Shown here one piece after another: positions 44,797-54,708 of a DNA stretch of 64,000 bases (positions are counted from its first letter, which is position 1; each line of letters opens with the position of its first letter). The stretch comes from a virus (Duplodnaviria > Heunggongvirae > Uroviricota > Caudoviricetes). The translations under genes and the position numbers were made by a program. The notes below the pieces were generated by a model that was given only the letters and a program-made list of their open reading frames with translations, ran no database searches and had not been told where the DNA came from. The stretch is from the IMG/VR virus record IMGVR_UViG_3300010403_000023. One strand, given 5' to 3'.

Positions 44797-47448
44797 TTAC
44801 GCGGGTGGTTGTTGCTGTTGCTGATTAAACTGATTGGGCGCTATTTCATTTGATGGTATGGGCGCAGGTCCTTGAGGCACCTGCGGTAATGGTGGTTGCG
44901 GAATATTTGGAGTAGGTTGTTTTGTTGCGAGATTATTTTCATGTTGCATTTCAATCAGATTTCCCATAGTTTGCGCCACCAGGTTATCACTGTCTGCTTT
45001 TGTTTTCATTGCAGTCTTAGCTATACCTCCTATTTGGTTTGTAACATGGTTCTGCTGTGCTGATTCTGCATCAATTTTCTTACCGGCAATCATGTAATCC
45101 CCTTTGATCATTTCCATCTTCTGACGCATAGCCTCTAACTGTTGCTGTTGCTTGCCTTGCGCTTGCTGCAATTCCATTGCCTGCTTCTGCTTTATCTTAT
45201 CATTTCTTTGTTCAAAATAAGCAAGTGTCCTATATGCCAGATTAGGGCTCTTTATGTCCTCTATAAGGAGCGCCTGGGCGTTTGTCAGCTTACCATTCTG
45301 AATAGCAAAATCTATACGTTGCGAAAGTTTTGCAAGACGAGGTGCCTGGTTGAGGCTTTCTACATTAATACCATACCTGTGCAATGCAGTCTTCCCCATG
45401 CCTTCTATTTTTTCCAACGCCTCGTCGCCAACCAAGTCTTCCAGAAATTTATAGGCCAAGGTATCGTAGTCTTTGAACTGTATAATATCCTGAACTATCA
45501 TACCACTACGTACAGCACTTTGCGTACAGAGGAACGTAATCATATCTGGCAGGTATGATGTACTCATTTGAGAATACTCCAACGACTTAAATTCATTGTT
45601 CATACTGGCCTTAGAAGAAGCACTTTCGCCCTGTCGCAGATCGGAATTTCCAATCAGCATATCAATCAGTTTGTCCCATGTAACCGTCATGGTTTCCCAA
45701 TACTTCATGAAGCCTTCCTTGAGTCCATTTTCTTTTTCGATATTAAGCTGGCTGATGGTATAATTAAGGGGTCTTCCATCATCGTCCTTCGGGAATGCCC
45801 ACAAGCTATTTGAGGACGAATCCAGCCACTGCATTGTCTTTTGTATCCTATTCTCCCGCCCATCGGTATCGCAAAAAACAGAGTCGGCAATAGCCATCAA
45901 ACTATTTACATTATAATCGGTACCTGGCGCTTTAGACCGGCGTAGTATCCACCGCCATTTCCAGAATGCTTCATTTATTATATCTATCATGGGTATCGCC
46001 ATGATAGCGATAGGATCACCAATTTCTTTGTAGGTAATAATAGAGAAATTGGTGTTAAAATCATTGTATCCTTTAATATCCTGGTATGTGACTTTGCCGA
46101 ACTTAAATTTTATATGCTGCAGGGAAGTTAAGGCAAGATAGTAGGATTTATATGTGGGGCACTCGTACCGCGCTTTGGTAGGATACTTCTTATCATCCGC
46201 AGGTTGATTATTTGGAGTTGAAAAACCATCTCTTGTGTCTGATTTTTCTTTTCGTTTATCTCCATCAAACTTCTTTCCTTTTCCTTTTAATGACTCTCTG
46301 TACTCAGTATAGTTTTGACTAGTCCATTCCATGTAACCAAGACACACTTTGAAGTTCATAAACTCACTGTGTGGATAGGTAGTGCCGCTTCTTGTTTTAC
46401 AGTACCAGTCATCCCCGGTACCTATCCCCTTAAAATCAGGATTTATACCGGTGATATCAATAGAACCACTTGATGCGTAAAATACAGCCAATGTTAGCGA
46501 GTCTAAATTTTCTTCATAATCATAGGCGGCGCCTACCCGGTCCAGGAATTGCTTGACCGTAACGTTCTGTTCGTAGGATTTGGCCATCGCATCATTAAAA
46601 TCTTTACGCCGGCTGCTGCCATAAATATAAACCGTTTCTGGCGTTAAGTAATCAATCACTATTGCACCATTCTCATCACTCACATATATTTGACCTGCCC
46701 CTGCATTTTTGCAAAGAATATCAACTACCCATCGTTCAATATTATTCTGATCCACTTCATTGAAAGATAATATAGCGTTAATGACCTTTTCCATTTCTAT
46801 CTCCCAGTCCAGTTTGTAAAACCTGGACATGAATACAGAAACATCGTCTTTATCTTCCGCATCAAAACCCATTGCATCAAAATCCTTAGTGTTTCCATTA
46901 TCATGCTTTTCTCCAAACCTGTCTTTATATTCAGACATTTGGACAGGTTCTTTATGGCCTATAGATTGATACAGGTACGTAAAAAGGCTTTCAAATTTCT
47001 TCCTGTTTTTAATAAGTATTTCATCGGATCTTCTTTTCTCATTACTGGTAGGATCGTTAGCCCGGACGGTGGTGGATGTGCCCATTTTTTTTACTTCTCC
47101 GGTAATAATCCTGAAAACCTTCATTAAAACAGGTAGCGATTTAAATTGAATGCCTGTCATTTCCCTGAAAGGGGTATTTCTGTGGGAGTTGATTGGCCTG
47201 TTCTGCGCGTCTACTAACGGTACCGGGGCCGAAGGAATATTACTTAGATTTATTGCACTCGTATTTTGAAATAAATCCTCTGTGGTGGACATATTTTGTT
47301 GCGCCAAAAGATAATCTAATCCGGTCTTTGCGTGATCTACGCTAACTAAAGGTTGCTGATTCTGCCTGATAAACTTAATCATTCGATCAGCATATAGGCT
47401 ATCCTTGTCATCTTCGTTTATGGAATAAAACTCTTTTAATGGGAGCAT
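44797..47448 (-). CDS. portal protein candidate (883 aa) with a Q-rich C-terminal tail
   Basis: Large protein immediately upstream of the scaffold and capsid candidates; C-terminus QQAQGKQQQQLEAMRQ..NQFNQQQQQPPA. Confidence 0.5.
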   Translation of the reverse strand: MLPLKEFYSINEDDKDSLYADRMIKFIRQNQQPLVSVDHAKTGLDYLLAQQNMSTTEDLFQNTSAINLSNIPSAPVPLVDAQNRPINSHRNTPFREMTGIQFKSLPVLMKVFRIITGEVKKMGTSTTVRANDPTSNEKRRSDEILIKNRKKFESLFTYLYQSIGHKEPVQMSEYKDRFGEKHDNGNTKDFDAMGFDAEDKDDVSVFMSRFYKLDWEIEMEKVINAILSFNEVDQNNIERWVVDILCKNAGAGQIYVSDENGAIVIDYLTPETVYIYGSSRRKDFNDAMAKSYEQNVTVKQFLDRVGAAYDYEENLDSLTLAVFYASSGSIDITGINPDFKGIGTGDDWYCKTRSGTTYPHSEFMNFKVCLGYMEWTSQNYTEYRESLKGKGKKFDGDKRKEKSDTRDGFSTPNNQPADDKKYPTKARYECPTYKSYYLALTSLQHIKFKFGKVTYQDIKGYNDFNTNFSIITYKEIGDPIAIMAIPMIDIINEAFWKWRWILRRSKAPGTDYNVNSLMAIADSVFCDTDGRENRIQKTMQWLDSSSNSLWAFPKDDDGRPLNYTISQLNIEKENGLKEGFMKYWETMTVTWDKLIDMLIGNSDLRQGESASSKASMNNEFKSLEYSQMSTSYLPDMITFLCTQSAVRSGMIVQDIIQFKDYDTLAYKFLEDLVGDEALEKIEGMGKTALHRYGINVESLNQAPRLAKLSQRIDFAIQNGKLTNAQALLIEDIKSPNLAYRTLAYFEQRNDKIKQKQAMELQQAQGKQQQQLEAMRQKMEMIKGDYMIAGKKIDAESAQQNHVTNQIGGIAKTAMKTKADSDNLVAQTMGNLIEMQHENNLATKQPTPNIPQPPLPQVPQGPAPIPSNEIAPNQFNQQQQQPPA

Positions 47449-47462
47449 CTGTTATTTATTAA

Positions 47463-47494
47463 AAAATGGCGGCGATACGCTCACCGCCATTTTG
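47463..47494. terminator. bidirectional-looking hairpin AAAATGGCGG-cgatacgctca-CCGCCATTTT with T-runs on both sides
   Basis: 10-bp perfect inverted repeat between the 213-aa and portal genes. Confidence 0.55.
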
Positions 47495-47515
47495 TTTTAT
47501 ACACTTAAATTCACT

Positions 47516-48157
47516 CTATGAAGTTACGTAAGTTTTAAACGTCCACGCACTGAGCGTTCCGCCTGGACATAGCGTTCTTATCCAGAAGTGATATGTAGTT
47601 CCGGTACTCAGTCCGGTTATTACCTGGCTGTTCGTACCGGAAGGTATGAATGTACCATTTATTACCGGCGTGGTGCCTGACGTATTATTTATGTATTCCA
47701 CACCATCGGAACCGGGCACTGCGGTCCAACTAAGTGTAGCACCGCTTGATGTAATGCTTCCTGCGGTAATTCCTGTAACCAGCGGACAGAAGTTCGTTAC
47801 AGGCACCAGGTTGCACTTGCCGATATTGTTTGCATAATCAGTAGCATCAATAAAGGAAACTATACCGGTATCCATATCTTTTACTTTCACACATACTTTA
47901 AAGTTAGAGTCTCCAAAGTAAGTAGAATCTACATACACATTACCTATAGGTATGATCGCCTGAGCGCTCTGGTTAGATTCTCCGGTACCTATTTCAGGGG
48001 GTATAGTAGTGGATGGTATCGGTACTTCTTCAGCCTGCATGTTTATTCCCCAGATACCTAAGTACATGTGGTTACAGCTTATGTTCCTAGTCTCACCAGT
48101 AGGATACCATATTGTGAAGTTCTCCTTATATACCTTTACTAATATTCTTAGCTGCAT
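47516..48157 (-). CDS. fibronectin type III-like domain protein (213 aa)
   Basis: C-terminal ATLSWTAVPGSDGVEYIN..GLSTGTTYHFWIRTL matches the Fn3 L.W...G...Y.....T.Y.F.V pattern. Confidence 0.55.
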   Translation of the reverse strand: MQLRILVKVYKENFTIWYPTGETRNISCNHMYLGIWGINMQAEEVPIPSTTIPPEIGTGESNQSAQAIIPIGNVYVDSTYFGDSNFKVCVKVKDMDTGIVSFIDATDYANNIGKCNLVPVTNFCPLVTGITAGSITSSGATLSWTAVPGSDGVEYINNTSGTTPVINGTFIPSGTNSQVITGLSTGTTYHFWIRTLCPGGTLSAWTFKTYVTS

Positions 48158-48221
48158 GGTAGGTTGATTTTAATGCTTTTAAAATGTTTTTGTTTCCATC
48201 TTTTTATCGCTTATCATCTTG

Positions 48222-48240
48222 ATTTGCGACGCTCCGTTCT
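48222..48240 (-). repeat. IGR-1 copy (variant A, reverse; CTTGATTTGCGACGCTCCGTTCTGC)
   Basis: Flank TCCGTTCTGC..CATTTCT.CTACAAT is shared with the copy at 56300. Confidence 0.7.
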
Positions 48241-48265
48241 GCTACATTTCTACTATCGCCTTTTC

Positions 48266-48571
48266 TCATACTTTAGTCGTCTGCCCTTCAATGTCTTTTG
48301 AAGGCACCCATCCAAATTGCTGTGAAATTTGATAGATAGCGGTATTCAATGCTATTAATAACTGGTCAATGTGATGCGCTATTGATAACGGTATATCTGT
48401 GAATATCGGCTCTATTACTATTGCCCATATCGTACTTGCTACCATTAACGTCCGGTAAAATATTTTTATTCCTTTTGGTATAGGTCCCTTTGCGGCCTCT
48501 TTAGTCCCAAATGATATAGTAGCTTTAACTTCCGGGCTTTTTACTTCAGTATCCATTTTACTTATTTTCAA
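48266..48571 (-). CDS. small membrane protein (101 aa), holin-like
   Basis: One or two hydrophobic helices (LMVASTIWAIVIEPIF). Confidence 0.45.
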   Translation of the reverse strand: MKISKMDTEVKSPEVKATISFGTKEAAKGPIPKGIKIFYRTLMVASTIWAIVIEPIFTDIPLSIAHHIDQLLIALNTAIYQISQQFGWVPSKDIEGQTTKV

Positions 48572-49052
48572 TTTTATCCAATCTCACCTTCAGTTGATCA
48601 TACTTATTTTCCAGCGCATGATATTCCTCATTACTTTTTATTTCTTTAATAATAGAAACTGCAGGTAAGAAGTTTATTGCGACGAGCCCGCTAAATATTG
48701 CGCATATTATTTTTACAGCGCCATCTAGCCAATAGAACGTTACATACAGATTCAATACTCCTATGAAATGCGTAAGTCCACAAAACATAATGAAAACACC
48801 AAACATCCAGATAAAGCCTTTTAGTGGTATTTTCCTTTCTTTTATAATTCTATAAACAATAAATAAACAGATGGATAAAGAAACGTAGGAGGCAAATATT
48901 ACACTGTCAGCAATTCCATGCATGATAATAAGCCTTGACTCGTGATACATGCAGGTTGATCGTGGCATAAAAGTCTGAAAAAGACTTCCTGCCGGTATAA
49001 ACCAGAATAAAAGGGCTAATGATATAGAAAATACGGTGAGAATATTTTTCAA
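48558..49052 (-). CDS. polytopic membrane protein (164 aa, 4-5 TM) with a C-terminal coiled coil
   Basis: Multiple hydrophobic segments; C-terminus ENKYDQLKVRLDKIENK. Confidence 0.55.
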   Translation of the reverse strand: MKNILTVFSISLALLFWFIPAGSLFQTFMPRSTCMYHESRLIIMHGIADSVIFASYVSLSICLFIVYRIIKERKIPLKGFIWMFGVFIMFCGLTHFIGVLNLYVTFYWLDGAVKIICAIFSGLVAINFLPAVSIIKEIKSNEEYHALENKYDQLKVRLDKIENK

Positions 49053-49054
49053 TT

Positions 49055-49387
49055 TTAATTTATTTTTTTGGTGTTTTTCCCTGTTAAAAGTTTCAGTACT
49101 CCTTGCCAGTCTATCATTTTAAAAAACAGAATCATATCTTTAGCAACTAATGTGGCTACCGGCGTTAGGTAAGGTGTTAGGTTAGGGTGATGATTCATTA
49201 ACCATTCTCCCGCTACAAATCCCGCAAATAAAGCGCAACACCCAGTACCGAAAATATACCACCTCGTTATTTTCTTTTTTGTTAGAATATCAAAACCTAA
49301 CGTACCGATAAATCCGATCAATATATAAAGAAGCAGTGATCCGTATTTTATTCCAATATCTACCGCATCCTGATTTTTAAGGGTCAT
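49055..49387 (-). CDS. membrane protein (110 aa, 2-3 TM), holin-like
   Basis: Hydrophobic helices LLLYILIGFIGTLGF and IFGTGCCALFAGFVAGEWL. Confidence 0.5.
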   Translation of the reverse strand: MTLKNQDAVDIGIKYGSLLLYILIGFIGTLGFDILTKKKITRWYIFGTGCCALFAGFVAGEWLMNHHPNLTPYLTPVATLVAKDMILFFKMIDWQGVLKLLTGKNTKKIN

Positions 49388-49421
49388 TATCTATAGGTTG
49401 TAACATATTATATTTAATAAG

Positions 49422-49979
49422 TCATTTCAAAAATGCCGTAAAGTGCAAGTTTCCAATTCCCGCTGCCGAGAAAGAAACATATACCGTAAGTACGGTACCG
49501 GATATACTGCTCCCGGTAACAACCGAGGTAGATACATCATTAGATTGCACGATACTAAGTGTTTTACCGCTTGGTATCGAAAATGTATAAAATGTCCCAC
49601 CCAGCACTCCGCTGGCCGTAAGCGATGTCATATATGGCAGTTCATCTGTGCCGGCAAAGGTAAAATCCCTGTTAGGGACTGTTATCTCTATATCATGCGT
49701 TAACGATTGCAGGAAGACAAAAGAAAATCCACTACTGGTCCTTATTTCTGCACAATTACAATCCGTATTGGCACGAAAAAAGTTATTATTTGGCTGATCA
49801 CCAAAAATAAACCCGTAATCGGACGACAATTGAATTGCGTTACCGACAACGCTGGAATGTACGCTCCATGTATTAACATCGGTACCTCCAAGACCCGTAC
49901 CGCTGGACCATGAAGTTTGAGCATTTGCGCCCAAAGACGCGGAAATAATAAGAAGTAAACTAAGCAGTTGTTTTTTCAT
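49422..49979 (-). CDS. secreted protein (185 aa) with a Bacteroidetes-type signal peptide
   Basis: MKKQLLSLLLIISASLGANAQ signal peptide. Confidence 0.6.
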   Translation of the reverse strand: MKKQLLSLLLIISASLGANAQTSWSSGTGLGGTDVNTWSVHSSVVGNAIQLSSDYGFIFGDQPNNNFFRANTDCNCAEIRTSSGFSFVFLQSLTHDIEITVPNRDFTFAGTDELPYMTSLTASGVLGGTFYTFSIPSGKTLSIVQSNDVSTSVVTGSSISGTVLTVYVSFSAAGIGNLHFTAFLK

Positions 49980-49998
49980 TATATTTGTTTTTATGGTT

Positions 49999-51783
49999 TT
50001 ATCTGTATTCCCAAATGATAATTATTCCGTTAGCGCCGTGACCCCCATTACTATTAGTCGCGGTAAGCACCATACCTCCGGCGCCTCCGGCACCATATCC
50101 AATACCGTTCCCTCCTACGCTTGAGCCTTCTGCGCCCAGTCCACCTCCAATACCACCTCCAATACCTGCTATGCCATTTAATGCACCCACACAAATACCA
50201 GGGGAACCGGGAGAACCACCAAAATTTACATCTCCGTTAGTAGCTATTGCGCCGCCCAATCCACCAGAAGAGGTGCTAACGCCAGCTAAGGCTATTTTCT
50301 TTTCGCCGCCAGATCCACCAGGGGCAGCATATACTGTTGCAGATACAGTAAATGTAGTGGCTGTTCCAGCACTTCCATCCGTGGGTGTCACCCCTATACC
50401 TCCAGCCCCTCCGGTTCCACAGATATATTGATAACTAGTAAAAGAAGATACCGTTACTGATTTTTCAAAATAAGATCCGCCTCCGCCTCCGCCTCCGGCG
50501 CCACACTGTGTCAGGGAACCTTTCGCTCCGCCTCCGCCTCCGCCTGAACCCCACGCCCTCATAATTATCTTAGTACATCCTGAAGAAGGAGTATATGTAG
50601 CTGTTGTAGTGCTTGTTAGTACTACTTCCCGTATGAAAGTTCCTGCATTAGATAGTGTTAATGATTTAGCTATACTGTCTGCTTTGTAATTGGTGCACAG
50701 TGTACCACTTCGAACTGTATCTTCAAACCCTACTGCATGAATAGTTTTATCTGGGGTATAAAATATAAAGTTACCTGATACCGCCAGCGATGTAAAATTT
50801 GTTTGACTTCCCGGAGCACCACTAACTGTAAAACCACCAGCTACTATTGAGGTGGTTGAAAATCCATCTGTTACATTCAATCCGGTATAGTCTACTTGAG
50901 TTACATTTCCGCCCCCATCCAGAAATCTTCCTTTATACGGATCAATCAATACGGTATCGTTTAAATCTACCCATAATGTAGGATCATCGTCAATTACATT
51001 GCCAGCCTGGTTTACCTGTTCCATGTTAGGTACCGGAACAGTAGGAGTAAGTTGGCTTTGCGCTATTTTCTTAAACACACCGGCCACTTCGGTAATTACA
51101 CTGTCTGTACCGCTGCCATTAGCTAAAGTGGTTACTTTTATACCGTTTACTATGATATTGTGATTGGTAGTGGCACCTACATCTGTAATTGCTTGAAAAT
51201 TTTGCGCTACGCCAGTTGTTAATATCCAACTGCTTCTTGCGCTACTCGGAAGGGAAGCGAGTACATATAAAGCATTCGAACTGTCAATTCTCACTGAAAA
51301 ATTACCCACATTAGCATTTGTATGAGACAACATTTGAGCCATACTGTTATCAATATAAACAGTATCTCCGGTTACATCTATAACTGGTATCTGACTTGAT
51401 GGCACCTTACCATTATTATCCAATGTAGCTACGCCGTTTGCTACGCCTTCGGAGGTGAATGCTATATAACCACCAGTGCTATTACTATCTACCCACGTCA
51501 TTACTCTTCCGGAGACACCATTTTTCATGTACATCATGCGCCTTGTAATGGAGTCTATATAGAGCATAGCGATTGTATCTTTGCCCCATTTATTTTTCCA
51601 TCGTTGACTCATGTTGACAACCGGTAATTTCAGCAGGCTATCTATTCTTAATCCACCTTTTACCTCTACTGTTGTATTTGAAGTTCCTATGGATGTTTGC
51701 CCAATAGATACAGTATTAGCACATAATGCTATTAATAGCAGGGTAAATATGAATAAAATCGTTTTTCTTAGCATTTTGCTCAT
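49999..51783 (-). CDS. secreted Gly-rich fibre-like protein (594 aa)
   Basis: Signal peptide MSKMLRKTILFIFTLLLIALCANTVSIGQ; C-terminal poly-Gly tracts (SGGGGGGAKG, GAGGGGGGGSYF, GGIGGGLGAEG). Confidence 0.65.
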   Translation of the reverse strand: MSKMLRKTILFIFTLLLIALCANTVSIGQTSIGTSNTTVEVKGGLRIDSLLKLPVVNMSQRWKNKWGKDTIAMLYIDSITRRMMYMKNGVSGRVMTWVDSNSTGGYIAFTSEGVANGVATLDNNGKVPSSQIPVIDVTGDTVYIDNSMAQMLSHTNANVGNFSVRIDSSNALYVLASLPSSARSSWILTTGVAQNFQAITDVGATTNHNIIVNGIKVTTLANGSGTDSVITEVAGVFKKIAQSQLTPTVPVPNMEQVNQAGNVIDDDPTLWVDLNDTVLIDPYKGRFLDGGGNVTQVDYTGLNVTDGFSTTSIVAGGFTVSGAPGSQTNFTSLAVSGNFIFYTPDKTIHAVGFEDTVRSGTLCTNYKADSIAKSLTLSNAGTFIREVVLTSTTTATYTPSSGCTKIIMRAWGSGGGGGGAKGSLTQCGAGGGGGGGSYFEKSVTVSSFTSYQYICGTGGAGGIGVTPTDGSAGTATTFTVSATVYAAPGGSGGEKKIALAGVSTSSGGLGGAIATNGDVNFGGSPGSPGICVGALNGIAGIGGGIGGGLGAEGSSVGGNGIGYGAGGAGGMVLTATNSNGGHGANGIIIIWEYR

Positions 51784-51786
51784 TTA

Positions 51787-52299
51787 TTATATATAATATC
51801 CTGTTATTTCTACTGTTGAAGGGTCTGATAATCCTGCTATTGCTGTAAAATCAAGTGTTCCTGTAAGTGCTGTACTGTCTTGTGTAAATGGTATGATCGT
51901 AATGCTTACTGGACTCATGCCTGTATCTGATCCTACGGCTATGCTGTTTACATGGAAACCATATAGGGCGGTATCTGTAAGGGTATCGCCTGCTGGTTTG
52001 TCTGCTGAAATATCGTAAGTGAGTGTTACTTCTGCGTTAGGACTAAGTGATGCTGCTCTTATGAGCGCGTTGTACTCATCCAATGTCATATTCAGGCACA
52101 GTTCTCCTTGCTCTATTGTTTTTACACATAAGAGGGGGTAGAGGTTTACGTTATCTGTGGTACCGGGAATATGGACTGCTATAGGAAGATTCTTGGATGG
52201 CATTATTAAACTGTCAGAAGCTATGGCGAATATTTTTCCACCGGGAAAAAAGTTCATGTTATCGTCATATAATGCTGTAACTGTTATAATTGAGGCCAT
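51787..52299 (-). CDS. hypothetical protein (170 aa)
   Basis: Clean ORF. Confidence 0.55.
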   Translation of the reverse strand: MASIITVTALYDDNMNFFPGGKIFAIASDSLIMPSKNLPIAVHIPGTTDNVNLYPLLCVKTIEQGELCLNMTLDEYNALIRAASLSPNAEVTLTYDISADKPAGDTLTDTALYGFHVNSIAVGSDTGMSPVSITIIPFTQDSTALTGTLDFTAIAGLSDPSTVEITGYYI

Positions 52300-52384
52300 A
52301 AGAAAACAAAAATAGTTTTGTTACTTGCTTTATTTGAGAAAAAGTATTTATTTTGTGTGTAGATTTACATTTACTATTTTTGTT

Positions 52385-52460
52385 GGTAGGGGTAAGTAAT
52401 TCTATTTCCCGTCCGTTGCGACGCTCCGTGCAAGGTTCGGGTTTCAATTTAACTTTTTAT
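52385..52460 (-). repeat. IGR-1 copy (variant A, reverse; core at 52425-52438; GCAAGGTTCGGGTTTCAATTTAAC arm)
   Basis: Near-duplicate of the 30860-30920 copy. Confidence 0.85.
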
Positions 52461-52465
52461 ATTTT

Positions 52466-52909
52466 ATGATAGTATGGTTAGGCATTCCTGATAAAAAAGA
52501 AATTTACGATGCTATCCGTGAATTTGAATATTTCGATTCATCATTAAATAAAATAAAAGAATTCAATTTTGCCGGGATGGGGTTATTTCGGATGATGATG
52601 GGCGAAGAACATAAAAAGTATGATTTGGAGCATAGCATTGTTCGGCAACTTAAAGAAGTTGAAGACATTCTTCAATCCTATAATTCAGAACAAGATGCGG
52701 AAAATAATTACGGGAATGACCAAAATAAAAGATGGGAAGATTTATGCGATGATCCCTCAAAAATATTTACAACAGACCTTTTAAAAATACCTTTACTAAG
52801 TGAAGAGCAGTTTAAATTTTGGTTGGAAATATATCAAACTATTAAAGAATATGCAATGTTAAATAGTTCCCCGAACCCCGCACGGAGCGTCGCAACAGGC
52901 GCTGAATAG
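52466..52909 (+). CDS. hypothetical protein (147 aa), first gene of the chaperonin operon; C-terminal NSSPNPARSVATGAE from IGR-1
   Basis: The C-terminal peptide is shared with the cassette A and B ORFs. Confidence 0.5.
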   Translation: MIVWLGIPDKKEIYDAIREFEYFDSSLNKIKEFNFAGMGLFRMMMGEEHKKYDLEHSIVRQLKEVEDILQSYNSEQDAENNYGNDQNKRWEDLCDDPSKIFTTDLLKIPLLSEEQFKFWLEIYQTIKEYAMLNSSPNPARSVATGAE

Positions 52910-52935
52910 CCGCAACCAACCCTGCTGCAAAAAGA
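52861..52935 (+). repeat. IGR-1 copy, most complete forward instance (AAATAGTTCCCCGAACCCCGC-ACGGAGCGTCGCAA-CAGGCGCTGAATAGCCGCAACCAACCCTGCTGCAAAAAGAAA)
   Basis: Contains both arms, the core and the tail. Confidence 0.9.
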
Positions 52936-52944
52936 AACACAAAC

Positions 52945-54663
52945 ATGATCACTCTCCCATACATAGACCACAAAGAGAACAGGAACATAAACCTTCTTAT
53001 AGTAGAACCCTACCCCAAAGAAGCCACAGTAACAGCCGGTGACATATTTATACCTGCTAATATCGGAGATGAATGTGAAGAAGGTAAAGTAATATCTGTC
53101 TGTCCCAGTTCTGAATTTTCTCCCGGTGACCGTGTGGTGTACAAAAAGATGGACCGTGACAAAAAAGAAAACTACGAGACGGTAGAAATGGACGGTAAAA
53201 CCTACGACATCATAGGTGAAAAAGAAGTGTGGGAAGTAAACGGCAAGCCATACAATCGGATATTCGTAGAACCTCTCTCTGTGATAGAAATGGCAGAAGA
53301 CGGCATTGTGCTTCCACAGTCTGCCCAAGGGATTACCCAGAAAGGCATAGTTTATAAAGCACCAGATAATTTCTTTGTAAAAAAGGGAGATACCGTGGAG
53401 TACCGTAAAAACTCCATGCGGATATACTACACTGCGAACGAAAATGGTGTTGATTATGATATTCTATACGAACCGGACATCTTCCTGGTAAACGATAAAG
53501 TATCTCCCCACAAGATCATTGTAAAGATTGACCTTGCAGCCCAGCAGATAAAGCGCCAGACGAATGAGATGGGCATATCACTCTCTCCATTGTTTCAGCG
53601 AATGACCAGGATGCTACAGTACGGCGAAGTCACGGAAATTGGCGAAGAGGCACAAAAGATATACCCGAAGTTGGTTGAAGGCGATACGGCCATCCTGCAT
53701 CACAGCATAGAATACGACGACTACCGGGTATTAAAAATGGATAAAGGAAAGCATGGCACCTTCATTTATGAATATCGTGTTATTAACTGCTTCGACGTTA
53801 CCCACCGGGAGATATTTGGCCGTATATCCAACAAAAAGTTATACGGAAAAATACCTAACTTCAAGATCATTCCCTTCCATAAAAACATCTTCCTAAAATG
53901 GGATTTCGAACTACTTGAAAAAGAGAATTTAGAATCCCAGTTCATTGATATTAATTTCAGCCTGGATGATTGTAAAAACAAAGAAGACCTTGAAAGTACC
54001 GTTACCGCAAAGCGAGAAGCATCCGTAAGAATGTATAAAAGCAAGTGGCAAGGATATCAGGCTGACCTTGCACTTTACAATCCGATGATAAAGCAGGATA
54101 ATGACAAGATGCGGGAAATTGGCGCTAAGATAGATGCACTGAAAAGGGAGGCTGAATCGAATGCAAGATACGTGCAGCAGGATCATTTACTCCGGTGCAA
54201 AATAGCATTTCCGCTTACTATCAACAATGAGGTAATCACCACGTACAAACATCTGTATCCGATCAACATTTTAGGTAAAAAATATCTTATTGCTCACAAA
54301 GACCTTTTAATAGCAAACCGCATGGAAAATACAACGACAGGGTGGCTACCAATAGCCGATCAAGTGCTGGTACAGCCAGTGGAAGAAAAATCAGATACTC
54401 GTATTTTTATTCCTGACAGCGCCAGGGAGAAGCCGCAACAGGCACTCGTAATCGCCGTAGGCAAGGATGTTGACCCTAACGAAATACAGGAAGGAGATAC
54501 CATTTTTCACCGCAAAATATCCGGCGTAGAAATGAACCTGGATGGCACCAATTACCTGATGCTGAGAAGAAATGATATTTTCGCTTCTAACCGTAACATA
54601 AGAAAGATGGAAGAAGAACAAATGTTGAATGGTGCCATCGCCACAGACGGCGATAAACAATAA
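52945..54663 (+). CDS. multi-domain co-chaperonin: about five tandem GroES/Cpn10-like domains in one 572-aa polypeptide
   Basis: Domain 5 (aa 466-547) WLPIADQVLVQPVEEKSDTRIFIPDSAREKPQQALVIAVGKDVDPNEIQEGDTIFHRKISGVEMNLDGTNYLMLRRNDIFA aligns along its length with E. coli GroES; domains 1 (aa 14-100), 2 (104-183), 3 (188-285) and 4 (about 305-457, with an insertion) repeat the same pattern (G.V..VG, GD.V.Y.K, DG..Y.I....DI). Confidence 0.8.
   Translation: MITLPYIDHKENRNINLLIVEPYPKEATVTAGDIFIPANIGDECEEGKVISVCPSSEFSPGDRVVYKKMDRDKKENYETVEMDGKTYDIIGEKEVWEVNGKPYNRIFVEPLSVIEMAEDGIVLPQSAQGITQKGIVYKAPDNFFVKKGDTVEYRKNSMRIYYTANENGVDYDILYEPDIFLVNDKVSPHKIIVKIDLAAQQIKRQTNEMGISLSPLFQRMTRMLQYGEVTEIGEEAQKIYPKLVEGDTAILHHSIEYDDYRVLKMDKGKHGTFIYEYRVINCFDVTHREIFGRISNKKLYGKIPNFKIIPFHKNIFLKWDFELLEKENLESQFIDINFSLDDCKNKEDLESTVTAKREASVRMYKSKWQGYQADLALYNPMIKQDNDKMREIGAKIDALKREAESNARYVQQDHLLRCKIAFPLTINNEVITTYKHLYPINILGKKYLIAHKDLLIANRMENTTTGWLPIADQVLVQPVEEKSDTRIFIPDSAREKPQQALVIAVGKDVDPNEIQEGDTIFHRKISGVEMNLDGTNYLMLRRNDIFASNRNIRKMEEEQMLNGAIATDGDKQ
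54628..54642 (+). repeat. degenerate IGR-1 variant B core (AATGGTGCCATCGCC) encoding the C-terminal NGAIATDGDKQ of the multi-GroES protein
   Basis: Direct reading of the sequence. Confidence 0.45.
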
Positions 54664-54708
54664 AAAGTTCGGACAACAATTTTTAAAAAATAAATTCACA
54701 AATAACTT

